Shown here: piece by piece, positions 50,472 to 63,045 of the stretch
Position numbering within the stretch: the stretch's first letter is position 1
How the letters are laid out: each line of letters starts with the position of its first letter
Source of the DNA: Octopus sinensis
Taxonomy: Eukaryota
Reading direction: 5' to 3'
Length of the DNA stretch: 64,000 nucleotides
NCBI RefSeq assembly: GCF_006345805.1
Contig: NC_043020.1
Span: 4,526,001 to 4,590,000 of the forward strand
Translations under genes and position numbers: made by a program
Notes under the pieces: generated by a model
Told to the model about the DNA's origin: nothing
Databases searched by the model: none
The model's input: the letters and a program-made list of their open reading frames with translations, nothing else

Positions 50472-50554
50472 CGGTATGATTTCAATGGCGCGAGATTCAG
50501 TTTTTTATTGAATATTGGTCCTGCAGAGTGAAAGAAGTAAGTAAGAAATTATTA

Positions 50555-51040
50555 TTAGACTGGAGAATGATACTCCACATCCCCATTAAGGACTTTTTCG
50601 TTTTCAATGTACTCGAGTGTTGTTGTTTCTGTTATTGTTGTGATGTGTGGTTGCATGTTCGAAATGTAATTAGATAAGTTGTCAACAGACATTCTAACTG
50701 ATTTGTCAGTCGAGAAGCATACAATCTCTCTATTTTTTAATTTGTTATGGCCTTTCTTAATTTTGGTGTCAAGATCACGGGTCTTATTTTTTGTTCGTTT
50801 TTGTTTATGCCTTTGGGTGTAATTAGAGAAAGCTGACAGGAGTTTGGATTTAGTAAGGGTAAACTTTGCTGTACTGGAACGAAAACAATTGCAGCATGGA
50901 AGGTGTTTATAAGCCATTTAAGAAACACACAAAAACCGTTAGATTCACTTTAATATTAAAATTTAATTTGTCAAAATATTTTCGTTGTTTTGAGACTGCG
51001 ACTTCACTGACAAAATTCCGTGCTGCATCTGAGAAAGTAA
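50555..51040 (-). mobile_element. Probable Penelope-like RT N-terminal fragment
   Basis: LKNREIVCFSTDKSVRMSVD..Y..M.PHI resembles the I....TDKSG...V....Y pre-RT motif of PLEs. Confidence 0.5.
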
Positions 51041-51261
51041 CAGTTAGTTCATGATATATATGTACGTACGTATGTATGTATGTATTTATGTATGTATATG
51101 TGTGCATGTATGTATGTACTTATATACTTACGTATGTGAGTATTTAGGAGAAATAGACGTGTCTGTGTATGTACTTGCGAACGTATGTTTATGTAATATG
51201 TGTCAGTTCAATTTGTATACTTGATTGTTACCTTGCCACTCGCTATGCAAGTACATCACTT

Positions 51262-51343
<82 letters not shown>

Positions 51344-53189
51344 AGCAGATTGTAACATAGATAAATATATAGACAGAAATAGATAGTCAGAAGAAGAATA
51401 GACATACCAACTACCAAACACCAAGAAAGATAGACTGTTTGATAGCTCGATAGATATATAGATAAATAGATAGATGCTTATGTTTTTTTATTGCTACGCA
51501 TCACTCATTTTGTCCATTTTATGTTTCTCACCTGTACTGCCCTTTGTAAAGAATTAGCAAACTGAGCTGTTTTGCAATAAAGGCTTGAATGGATTGAGAG
51601 CCATATGATAAACTGGTGAAGGAAGCATGGATTTAAACTCTGCCTTATTAATTGCTTATTGGTGAAATAGCATAAAAAATATTGTTTATGGTTAAGATTT
51701 CTTAATTAATATCAGTTTCTATATTAGTGTATGCATCTTTAGTGAAATGATGATGAACTCTCTTACAATATGACTATGTGAATTGCTGAAATTATGGTAT
51801 ATTGTAAATTTCACGAATATTTGAATGACAGGAAAGCTATCCTGTTTCCTAACATGCAGATTTATTTTTCCCAAGTCATTTGATTAATTGGTCATGTTTG
51901 TAAAACAGGGGAATGCCTCAAATTTTAGAGGAAGTGGTTAATTGATTAAATTGATCTTATTACTTGACTTGCACTTTTTTTATCAACCATGAAAGGAAGA
52001 GAAACAAAGTTAGCCTCAACAGGATTTGAAACTAGAATATAAAGAGCTGGTAGAAATATTGGAAGGTATTTTGCCAACACTCTAACAATTGTGCCTCTCC
52101 ACCATCTTAAGTTTAATAGAATAAAATCTGTGAATGAATTTTGATGAATTTCTTGTGTAGTTTTAATGAAAGTTGGTCTCACATTGCTTGCATTTATATC
52201 TTTCCTGAGACATGTAAAAGTTTTCATTTGTATAATACTTGGCTGCTTGTCACTTCAAATAAAGAGTAGTGAACTGATATTAAAGCCAAAATTTTCCTTT
52301 CGCTACTATTAGGATGTTTTTCATTTTTACTTTCAGGGTTAAAAAATGAATGATTACACTTATTGGTTTACATGCAAACTTTTGTTTATTTTATATCCTT
52401 CTATATGTTGGATATGCAAATTTCACAAAGCGGGGATAGACACAACTGTCTTCACACAACCTACTTCAGATTACTCCACTAAACACAATACTCTAATAAA
52501 TAGAAACTCTGAACAATGTCAACAACTTCCATGAACTCCCAATGACTCTCTTTGTCTCAACCAATATGCTAATTTTTTTATAAGAGTTTTGCTAGTCCAT
52601 TCTTCCAATCCCATAGGGGTGCCAATGACTCTCACCACAACAGTTTATACATGTATATTTTACCAAAACAAGTATCCCCATGCGAAGCTTCACCTGTATG
52701 TAAGTACATAACTTTTTTGTTAATTTAAGTTTTCTGTTAGTTAACCATAGCTGTTTGTAAATTGAACACCTGTTTCTCTGTGTATATTGAACAATTTCCA
52801 TAAGATATATATGTTTGTTTCCCAATGCCATGGTTTAGGGTCTAGTTCTACTGTGTGGCATTTTGGGCAAGAGTCTTCGACTATAGGTAGAGATCAACAA
52901 ATGCATTTTTAGTGAAAGTGGTTGATGGGAACTCTATGAAGCTTATTGCATGTGTGTGTATACACCATATCAATTATGTGATGCATGTTATAGGTAACTG
53001 TTGACAAAAAGTGCAAAATACTCATTGAAAAATCAAAATAATTTAGAGTAATGTCAAGAAGGGATGTAGAATGGATAGTGGAAGGTGTCCCACAGTATTG
53101 CAGCCTAGGCCTATGTGTCATCTTGCTACTGCAAGAGAGTACAGACCATTGAATGTTTGTGAAATATTGGCAGCTAAGATTATGAACTC

Positions 53190-53500
53190 TTTGGATTTAC
53201 TGATTACCTTGATGTCAGTGAGATTGCCATTGTCAAACAAGAGATTTGTTACCTTAGTAAGTGTCTACCCTCCAACCATGTGTTCCTCTGAAGAGAAAAA
53301 AAGACTAATATTTTATCTTTCATGAAAAAAGCTTCTACGCAGTGTTCTTTCTGCTTATAAAATCTTCATACTTGGTGATTTGAATGAAAGCATTTGCAGA
53401 GATAAAAAAATTTGGGATATAATTGGGAAACATGAAGCCAGAAAATGCAATAGTAATGGCTTGTTTAGTACTGCAAGTGTGTTCGATTTTTGCATATACT
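53190..53500 (+). mobile_element. RTE LINE APE endonuclease fragment
   Basis: LMSVRLPLSNKRFVTLVSVYPPTM, IFILGDLN, IIGKHE..CNSNGL. Confidence 0.75.
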
Positions 53501-53870
53501 GGGTGACTGTCAATCTCCTAGTGTGGAGCATGCTGTATTTGAGCACCAAATATGTGGGAGTATTTATGTGATCAAGATGAAAGGCAATTAGGTCTCTCAT
53601 TAATTTCTGTTTGGTGAGTTGGCCCTGAGGAAAAATCTAGGCAACAAATTGAAATTAAGGCATGAATGCATTAGAGACACTTAGAGGATCTAGATCAAAT
53701 TAGAGAAAGTGAAAACATCACTAAGTTTTTGATGGAAAAAATTGTTTCATGTTGGAATGAGTGAATTTGAATGAATCTCAATAAAATCTTAGTGTGCATG
53801 AAAAGCTTGAGAGAGATTTTTGAAAAGGTCTTAATGTTAATGTTTCCATTGTGTTTTGCTTCAAAAACTA

Positions 53871-55071
53871 TGTAGACATGACAGAATTAAATAGACATCC
53901 TTATAATTGTTAAAATTTATTTAAATTATTTATTAATTATTATAATGTGAATATCTAATATTTAGTAGACAGGCTCCTTGCATTTTTGAATGCAAGGACC
54001 CTAGCAGGCATGCTACTGATCTGATGAATATTCTCTTCATGATTTTCTTGCCAAGTTTCTTGCAGTAATATCAAAAGATCTGGCTTTAAGGATGCTTTCT
54101 TTTTCTTTTTAGGAAGTATCCCATCCATCATGCCTCAGAGGTGTTCAGTAGGGTTCATATCTGGTGATTGGCTTAGCTATGGAAGCTTTTTAATGCCATT
54201 CTCTTCCAACCAATCCTGGGTCTTTTAGTTGTGCAAGAAAGCCCTATCTTCCATAAATAGTGTTATTTAATCATTTTACCCCTGGAGGTTATAGGAAGAA
54301 GATTTTTCTATAATATGGACACATTTATCTGAGTTTATGTATCCCTCACATTCCACCATTTCTGATTGACTATTGCTCCAAACTGCTCTCCAGACCATCA
54401 CATGTTTCATTGTTGGCTGCAATATATTCACGTGAAAATATTGGTGACTGATTCTCCAGACCCACATTCGACCAGTGTCAGAAAATACAGCAAATCTGGA
54501 TTCATCAGAGAATTTGACAGTGTCCCAAAGTGCTAGTGACCTCTCTACCATTTCACTTGTCCAATCTTTTCTCCATTTGATATTGGCTGGTCGAAGCAGT
54601 GTCTTCTTTCTTGCTGCTCTGCCATAATAGCCAATTTTGCAGAGATAACTGACAGCTATTCTGGGACTGACATCAACTTATTCTGCTATATTGGAGGCCT
54701 TGCAATGAGGATTATCTTACACACTTCTCTTAAGAAAGCAAAGTGTTCTGTCAGAGGGCCTTAGTCTACCTGGGTAAGGTGATATGGACTACTTTCCCGT
54801 TTAGTGAATTGAAAAATTACTCTATTTACTGTAGAAAGTGGAATCACAATGTTTTCTGTGGTTTTAGGCTAAGTCAGCCTTGAAATAGGCGCAGCATATG
54901 GCCTCTTTGTAAATTGGACATTTTTAAGGCTTCTTTTGTACATGGCATGATTAAACAGTTACATATAGAACCTGAAACATATAAATGTCAATTAATAAAA
55001 AAAATATAAACCTCTTCAAGTTATAATAACAATGTGTTAATGGGTATCTATTTACTTTTGTCATGTTTGTG
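53871..55071 (-). mobile_element. Tc1-family DNA transposon, degraded, with TIRs
   Basis: WDTVKFSDESRF, VMVW, FMED, SPDMNPTEHL motifs; TIR cores catgacagaattaaatagacatcc / gggtatctatttacttttgtcatg; TA at 53869-70 and 55072-73. Confidence 0.88.
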
Positions 55072-55807
55072 TACAAATGTATCATTTGTTACAACTGCAC
55101 TTTGAAAGAAAAAGAAAACCTTTAGTAGAAAATTAGCATTAGCTACGACAACGTTACCCAACTATTAAATCTTATATTTTTCAAACTCATGCTAGGATGG
55201 AAAAATGAACGTAGGTATGAGACTTATTTTTACACATGTATTGATGCATATAAAACATGAAATTATGTTGTCTACATACTTAAATACTTGCAATTAATTC
55301 ATTGTAAGAACATAGAATTTTGACAGGTTTTCTTGAGTTGTTGCTCATCTACAATAATCTGATAAATTTGAGGTTATTGTTGGTTGCATAAGATTGTCAT
55401 TGAATTTTCTCTCGACAGAAATATCTAATCATTTTATCCATACTAGCATGGGTTGTGTGTGTCATGTTGATATCTGTTTCAGTTTAATTCCCTCTGCAAT
55501 AGTTTCTTTTTTTTGTGTTTATGCAATATGGTACTTTCATAAAATACAGTTGTCTCTTGCCTTACACAGTATTCTGTTTCTTAGTTCACTTTTGCACAAT
55601 TTTGCTCATTTTCCTCTATTTGTTTCTTTTTGTTTTTACAAATATAGAAGTAGTACTTGCTTCAGTTTCTCATTATATTTTGTTAAATATTTTTGAATTT
55701 GAAATATTAAAATTGATTTCACTGGAAATGAAAATTCAATGTATAAAATTAACTTTAAACTAGATGTTCAGCATCAAATGCAAAAGTTTTACAAAAAGAA
55801 TTGTCCT

Positions 55808-58800
55808 CATCATCATCATCATCATTTAATGTCCATTTTCTATGCTGGCTTGGGTTGGACAGTTTCATCAGGGCTGTAAGCTGAGGGTCTGCAGCAGACT
55901 CCAGTCTTGATTTGTCATTGTTTCTATGGCTGGATGCCCTTCTTAACATCAAGCACTCCATGAGTGTTGTGGGCAGGGGTTGTGAAAAAATTAATTGATG
56001 GGAAATTAATTACAATATATTGTCTTCTAAGGCACGGCATGTCATGAAAGGTGTCAGTCATTAGTCATTGCCTTTATAAGTTCCAACAGTCAAAGATCAT
56101 GCATTACCACCTTGTCCAATGCCTTCTTATGTCTACTTCTTCTGCCATGTAGCATAGTTGTCTGCACAGGTATAATAAATCTGGCTTTCACTCTGAAGGA
56201 GAGACCCTTAGTTACTAAACAGAGGAAGGAGCTCTCTGAATTTGCTCAGCCTATTTTTATTCTTGCAGCCTCACTCTTGGTTCATCCACCTCTGCTACTG
56301 ACTTTGTTGCTCAACAATCTTTATCGTACTCCTCTGGTATTTGATGAAGCCCATTTTCTGTACACTTTTAGTGTTTACTGTACATGTGCACCTTCCACAT
56401 GCAAAAATATTTTCCCAGTTTACCTTCCTCTGATATTGCTACACCTATTATGTGTTATACAGAGTACATCTACCTACCTGTTTCCTTCATATTGAGGATG
56501 GCCATGTACCTGAAGGGCTTTACGATTTATCTGTTTTCCTACTTACTAAGACTTTGTGTTAGGGTTGGGTAGGTTAATTCTGTGACCTTTCAATTCTAGA
56601 CCTTGCTTCCGTACGCACAATTTGTTCTCTAGTTCTGGTAGTGATTTAGCTATAAGAAGAAGCTCATTAGTAAATAAGTGTGAAAACTCTTTGCTTTCAC
56701 AAACACTTTATGTACACTGATTGAAGCAATGAAAAAGAAGGTCCTCGGTATACATGAAACGTGAAGGAAAATATTTGGATAATGAAACTAATAATGTATG
56801 GCTAATTGAATGTAATGTAATAAATGATAATATATGAGTGTTCAGTTGTCATCCTCTATGCCCTCCCCAATTCCTTTGAGAGAAGCAAAGAAGACTAATA
56901 ATATGTATTAAATGATTAACGAAAATAATAATTAGTGCAAGAGACCCTTAATCAATATTGACGGTGTGACGATCAAGGAGCAACGTGTCAGTTGTGCATC
57001 AGGCTTTTGTGTCAGTCTTTGCGAGTCTGGCAGAGCGACAAACAGGACAATTGCTGGATGGAGGATAAACTGCATCAGGCAAGGGTCACTTTTGGAAAGC
57101 AGGGGTTTCAAGGGGTGTTGGGGTATGACCACTTGTGGTAAAGGTGGGGTAAGTTGGCGTGGCTCTGTGGGTAGGCGGTGAGATGCTTTTCTGGTCATGG
57201 TAATTTTGGAATCGGGAAGTGGGCATTGGTGTTGCAGCTGCATGAGGTGCTGTTAAAGTCGGTTGAGAAGGTAGTCTCATCACTGGTGTTGGCGTAGGGA
57301 ACGCATGTGGTCCAGACACCATGAGCAGTGGGCCATGGGGAAGAAGCAGTAGATACTTCCAGAGGAATTTTGTTGCACAGTGTGACTTGGCCTGATCCAT
57401 CCACTCTCAACATGTACAGATCGAAATGACGTACATCTAAATGGCACCAGTTTTCCCCCCATTTGTAGGATTGGGTCAAACTTGGCTCTGGATTAGGACA
57501 TAGTTCGAAAGAAGTGAGCATGTGTGTTTTGACAACCGTTCAGTAGCACTCATGTTGTGTTTACGCAGGTCTTCTTTTCAATAAGTCATAGTTTCATGCC
57601 ATGTGGAATGTAGCTTGTACTTGCCGGGATGGATGGGAATAAAGTATTGTATAGGGCTGCCAAAGATGCACATGGCTGGGGACAAGTGTGTGTCCCAGTC
57701 AGGTGTATTTCTTTATTGTAGCATTGTGCACTGGAAACTGTCAGTGTTAAGGAAGCCATTGGTGTCAGTGTTGTCTGTAACGAGGCCCTTTATTGTCTCA
57801 ATACCGACTTTGGCGCGGCAGTTGTCATGGGGAAATGCAATGGCGGTGATTCTCCCCAATTGTGGAAGAAGGTACAATGTCAGCTCATAGCTGATAGGGC
57901 AGTGTTAAGTGCCTGTGCGCCATTCGATGCTCCTTTAAGATGGTTTTCCAGACCTGTTAGGACATACCACCATTGTCTGTCACCAATTGACAGATGTACC
58001 AATGGGAATAGGCTTGATAACTCCAAGTGGAACATTCCGGTCGAGACCTGCTTTTACTTCCTCTTGCCAATGAACCAGGACTGGTATGGGCGTATGGTGG
58101 GCGACTGGTTTAGCATTAAGCGGATCGGTTGGTCAGACATCTTGGAGAATTGCCGATGGTTGCAGACGTTGAATGTGCTGGAGCTGTAGTATTGTAGCAG
58201 CTACTTCCTCAGGCGACAACGTTTTTCCTCAGTGGCTGGGAATGGTAGTGTAGTTGGAGGAGGGGGTTGTATTTGTTGTAGGTGGCAGGTGCATACATTC
58301 TGTGTCATTGTTGCAGATGATCGATGAGGCTTGTCAGTACTCTCTCCCATGGATTGTTTACAGGCCAACTCATGGCACAATCAGGTGCAGGACAGGGTAC
58401 GTTGGTCATACTGACTCGCTTTTTGTCATAAATAAGTCTGACAACTGTTTGCTTTCACCAATATTTTATGCAGTCTGAAGCAATGAGTAAAGGGTCTTCA
58501 GTATACCTGAAATGTGAAGGGAAAGATGATGGATAATAAAATGAATAATATATGGCGAATTGAATGTAATGTAATAAATTGTAATATATGTGTGTTTAGT
58601 TGTAATCCTGTAATCAGCATAGAGGAGTTGCTAGGGTCTGCCTGTTTTATATTTATCTGTTATTACCTGAATGATTATGATACCAACAAAAGTCAAGTAC
58701 ATAGGTTTATACTTGGTTAGGTACTTCTGGGGTTTCTTACCAGAAATATATCATGACTGGTGTTTCTTCCTGATACAAAACCAAATTGCATCTCATCTAG

Positions 58801-58900
58801 ATTAAGTCTTTTCCTAATAAGTTGGGCTATGATCCTCTCCGTGATTTTCATCATCTGAAGAAATTAGTGCCAGTGCAAGCACTTTATTTTTAAAGCACAC
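55808..58900 (-). mobile_element. Old RTE LINE 3' portion, split by a Gypsy insertion
   Basis: (cat)n tail and 3' UTR at 55808-55970; RT segments 56050-56670 resume at 58613 (atcagcatagaggag = rc of LLYAD). Confidence 0.8.
56671..58612 (-). mobile_element. Internally deleted Gypsy (Mag-like) LTR element with two ~185-bp LTRs
   Basis: Direct repeats 56671-56858 and 58429-58612; PPT aggaattggggaggg; gag start MTNVPCPAPDC, RT N-terminus PIPVLVHWQEEVKAGLDRNV.LGVIKP, integrase [21 protein letters not shown] and VDGSGQVTL; TSD attag/atcag. Confidence 0.85.
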
Positions 58901-59500
58901 ATCAGGCATATGTTAACATATTAGCAATGAGAAAGCGCTCTAATCGATGTCTACCTATATACATACATATATGCAGGGTAGCCATGTACTTTCTCTACAG
59001 CGACACACCTCTGCCTGTCTCTCTATCATACTACAGGTTAGGATGAAGCCACCTCTCTCACTACTAGCAGTCCACTCATCCTTGAAATTTACTTTTTAAT
59101 TTTACTAGTGTCAGTGTTACCAAAACTTTTCTCAGACATAGAAACCATGTGAAAACAGACATTAGATGTACGTGTAGTAATTCATCTCAGATAGTGTGAA
59201 ATAGTCCAACCCATGACAACATGAAAAACGAATGTTAAATGATGATGACACACATACACGTTAATTGTATTTCTTATATTAATTTCAATAATTAATTTGT
59301 TTCTATTTATAAATAAAAACAATTGATTTCGCATCAGAATGATTAGTTTGATGACTTGTGGAAGCAATGTACTGTGTAAATGTAAGGACAACTGTATTTA
59401 TTAAACAAGTGTATATCATGATTCGACACAGATAAAACTTGACTTTCAAATGTTGGTTGATATTTTGCTTGTTGTTTGCATATCATGCCTTGTATTATAG

Positions 59501-59517
59501 ATCCCAAATGGCCAAAG
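59501..59517 (+). other. Candidate 17-nt micro-exon containing ATG (MAK...)
   Basis: Pyrimidine-rich tract plus tatag| acceptor; aag|gtaagt consensus donor at 59518. Confidence 0.35.
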
Positions 59518-59829
59518 GTAAGTGGTCTTTCTTATTTTGGTGTGGGTTTACTGTTAGGATTGGTTTTCAGAGTTTAGTCTATATTAGGGTCAGCTTGAGG
59601 ATTTGTGAAGGGTTTTTAGAGAGAATAGTCAAGTAAGAGATCAAAGTTTGAACTAGAGGTTGGGATTTGGGGTGATGAGGAGAGTAGAGATTGAACAGGT
59701 TTATTTATAGTGTTGATGACTGTTTTATATCGGGTTTAGCATTGAAAAGCAGGGATGGGGGCTGGGTGCTTGGATAAGATGCGGATGTCAGGTTGATCCA
59801 AGTTATCTCCATGGTGGTCTTTGGCATGT

Positions 59830-60200
59830 TGGTAGAGTATAGAAGACTGTTTTCTGTCGTCAAGTTGTCTTAAATGTTCATTTATCCGTTCCGCAATGCT
59901 CTTAGACGTCTCTTCTATGTCATGTTCATGTCATGTTCATGTCCTTACAAGCACCTTCTATGCATCTTATATTGTAAACTACATTTCGAGTTCTACAGTT
60001 AATACCAGGGCTAATTCTACATGCCATGCAGTTATCAATTGTGCATATGGTATTCTTAAACGGGCATGTCCTTCATAATTGTGACCTGACGGAGTTCCTT
60101 GGCTTTTCAACAATTTTAATGTTGAGTTTGGTCTCTTTCAGAGCTTTTCTAAATCTACGGGCTAGTTCTCCATGGGCTCTGGCCTCTACTAATATCACTC
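59830..60200 (-). mobile_element. Penelope-like (Neptune-type) Cys-linker + GIY-YIG fragment
   Basis: CTIDNCMACRISPGINCRTRNVVYNIRC..C.. then IEETSKSIAERINEHLRQL (degenerate YIGETSRS..ER..EH). Confidence 0.75.
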
Positions 60201-60486
60201 CTTGAATTTTTACTGGTGAGTGTGTATTTAATAATAAGGCACTAAAAGAGAAAGACTATCCCCAGACACAACAGAATATACACTGTTTTCGCTAATTACT
60301 CTTTCACTCACTTTTGCTACTTTCAGTTATTTGACTGCGGCCATGTTGGAGCACCGCCTTCAGTCAAAGAAATAGAGCCCAGGACCTATTCTCTTTTGCC
60401 GAACCGTTCAGTTACGGGTGCGTGAAAACAGCAGCATCGTTTGTCAAGCACTGTTCGATGGATAAAGAGGCATACAAACGTATATG

Positions 60487-60517
<31 letters not shown>

Positions 60518-60736
60518 ATATATATATATGTATGTATGTATATATATATATATATATGTATACACACACGATGGGCTTCATTTAGTTTCCGTCTACGAAA
60601 TCTATTCACAAGGCTTTGGTCACCCCGAGGCTATAGTTGAAGACACTTGTCCAAGGTTCCACGCAGTGGGACTGAACCCAGAACACAGTGGTTCGTAAGC
60701 AAGCTACTTATCACAAAGCCGCTCCTACGCCTAGCA

Positions 60737-60784
<48 letters not shown>

Positions 60785-60904
60785 CTATTTATAAAACTGA
60801 AATGCGAAAAGTTTGTTTGTTTGTTTGTCTGGAACGGTTTAAAGACCACTACATCCCGTCGGATTGACTCCAAAATTTACCGTTCGTGATCAATCATTCT
60901 CACA

Positions 60905-61623
60905 GAAATGCGTGCACAAACAGACACAGAATGTCATGGTTTAAAGGTCAACATGTTTAAAACATAAATAGCTACGAGTTTGTGTATATGCATGTATCTA
61001 TGTGCATGAGTGCGGACGTGTTTTCAGAATGTCTCAGTTTTAAAGTCAACATATTTAAAACATAAATAGGTACGAGATTGCGTCTTTGCATGTATCTATA
61101 TTCGTGGGTGTGGACGTGTGAGTGTTTGTGCGTGTGTGAGCACAGTCCACCTATACCCAAGCTGGTTGCATCGTCTCATAAGAAACAGCCGTGAAAGTTC
61201 CGGACCACATTAATGAACGCATTTGCATACAAACAATTAGGGTTCGACTTGAACTTGTCCGGTTAACAAACAGTAGTGTCTGAATGGGAATTAGCTTGCT
61301 TACCTAACAAATGTTTCCGAGTTCAGTCCCACTGGGTGGCATGTTGGGCAAATGTCTTCTACTATAGTCTCGGGACGACCAAAGCCTTGTGAGTGGATTT
61401 GGGAGACGGAAACTAAAAAAAGACTGTCGTATGTATATGTATATATATATATATATGTAGCAGTAAGAGTGGCTATGTAGCTTGCTTTCCAAACACGGTG
61501 TTTCTGGTTCAGTCCAACTGCGTGGCCCCATGGGCAAGTGTCTTCCAATATAGCCTCAGACAGACCAACGTTTCTGAGTAGATTTTGTACACCGAAACAG
61601 AAAGTAGCCCGTGGTATATAGAT

Positions 61624-61676
<53 letters not shown>

Positions 61677-61745
61677 GGAGTAAACACATAAATGTGAAAC
61701 AAGGTGGAAAAAAGAGTACTGAATTTTCTGCTGCTTAAAATAAAG

Positions 61746-61839
<94 letters not shown>

Positions 61840-62754
61840 CATAGGTATATATTGATAGATATATGTATATACATATAGATATTTAAACATATATGGGATG
61901 GCCATAATGGGACATCCGACTCACTAGAGAGAGCAGTTATCTTGCTCATTATAATTTATTAAAAGTAATATAATTATATGTAAGGAAAGTAACTCTGGAA
62001 GATGTTATCTAGTTATCTCCCTTCCAAGAGTTAATTTCCCTTCATATTTTTTTATTGTTAAATTATAATATTCAAGAGAAGTAACTGTAGAAGATACTTT
62101 GTAGTTATCTCCCTTAAGTATGTAGTTATCGTAATATACACTTTGTCGCTCTTAGACTATTTCAGTTATTTCACTGTGACCATGGTGGAGCACCGCCTTT
62201 AGTGAAGCAAATCAACCCCAGGAATTATTCTTTGTATGCCTATTACTTAATGCATAGGTCTCTTTTGCAGAACCGAAAAGTTACGGGGACGTAATGTTCG
62301 ATATACTGATTTAGTAGGTATTTATTTATTGTAAGAACTTCAATTATCATAAATTATGGGCTAGGAAAAATACTAGAAACTTTTTTGATATACCTATTGG
62401 GGCTCCTTGTGTGTGTGGGACTGTTTTTATTTATGTGAGTGTGGGTATTTTAATTTCAGTGTTTGTGTGTGAGAGTGTTTTTATTTCTGCATGCGCGAGT
62501 GTGTGAGCGACTGAGTGTTTCTATTTGTTTGTGTGTGTGCGACACTTACAACTACAACAAACACTTTGACCATTTGTAAGATACCCACATTTGAGATCAC
62601 TAAATACTAAATCAAAATAAGTTTAATTTATTGCACATTTATATATATACACGCACACACACACACACATGTATGTGTTTGTGTATTTATATGTCGTATA
62701 TTGCGTCGTATATATATATATATGTATATATATATATTTATATATATTTATATA

Positions 62755-62840
<86 letters not shown>

Positions 62841-63004
62841 CAGATATACGTGAATATACCAACACGCGTATATGTAGTATCTAAAACAAAAAAGAAACTG
62901 TAAGGGATGGAATGGGAGTTCTTTCCGTTTTATTAAGAAAACTTGCATCTGTATGTGTGATAGTACGTGCGTGCGTGCATTCTCGTGTGCCCTTCGAGTG
63001 CAAA

Positions 63005-63045
<41 letters not shown>

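Noticed and set aside
52346-52534. 62-aa ORF after a good splice acceptor at 52336
   Set aside because: No recognisable homology or coding signature; may be a non-coding exon, so not called as CDS
56720-56770. Hammerhead-like tga..gaaacgt in the direct repeats at 56.7 and 58.5 kb (possible Penelope pLTRs)
   Set aside because: No intact core or stems; the repeats flank Gypsy gag/RT/integrase with a PPT and TSD, so they are LTRs
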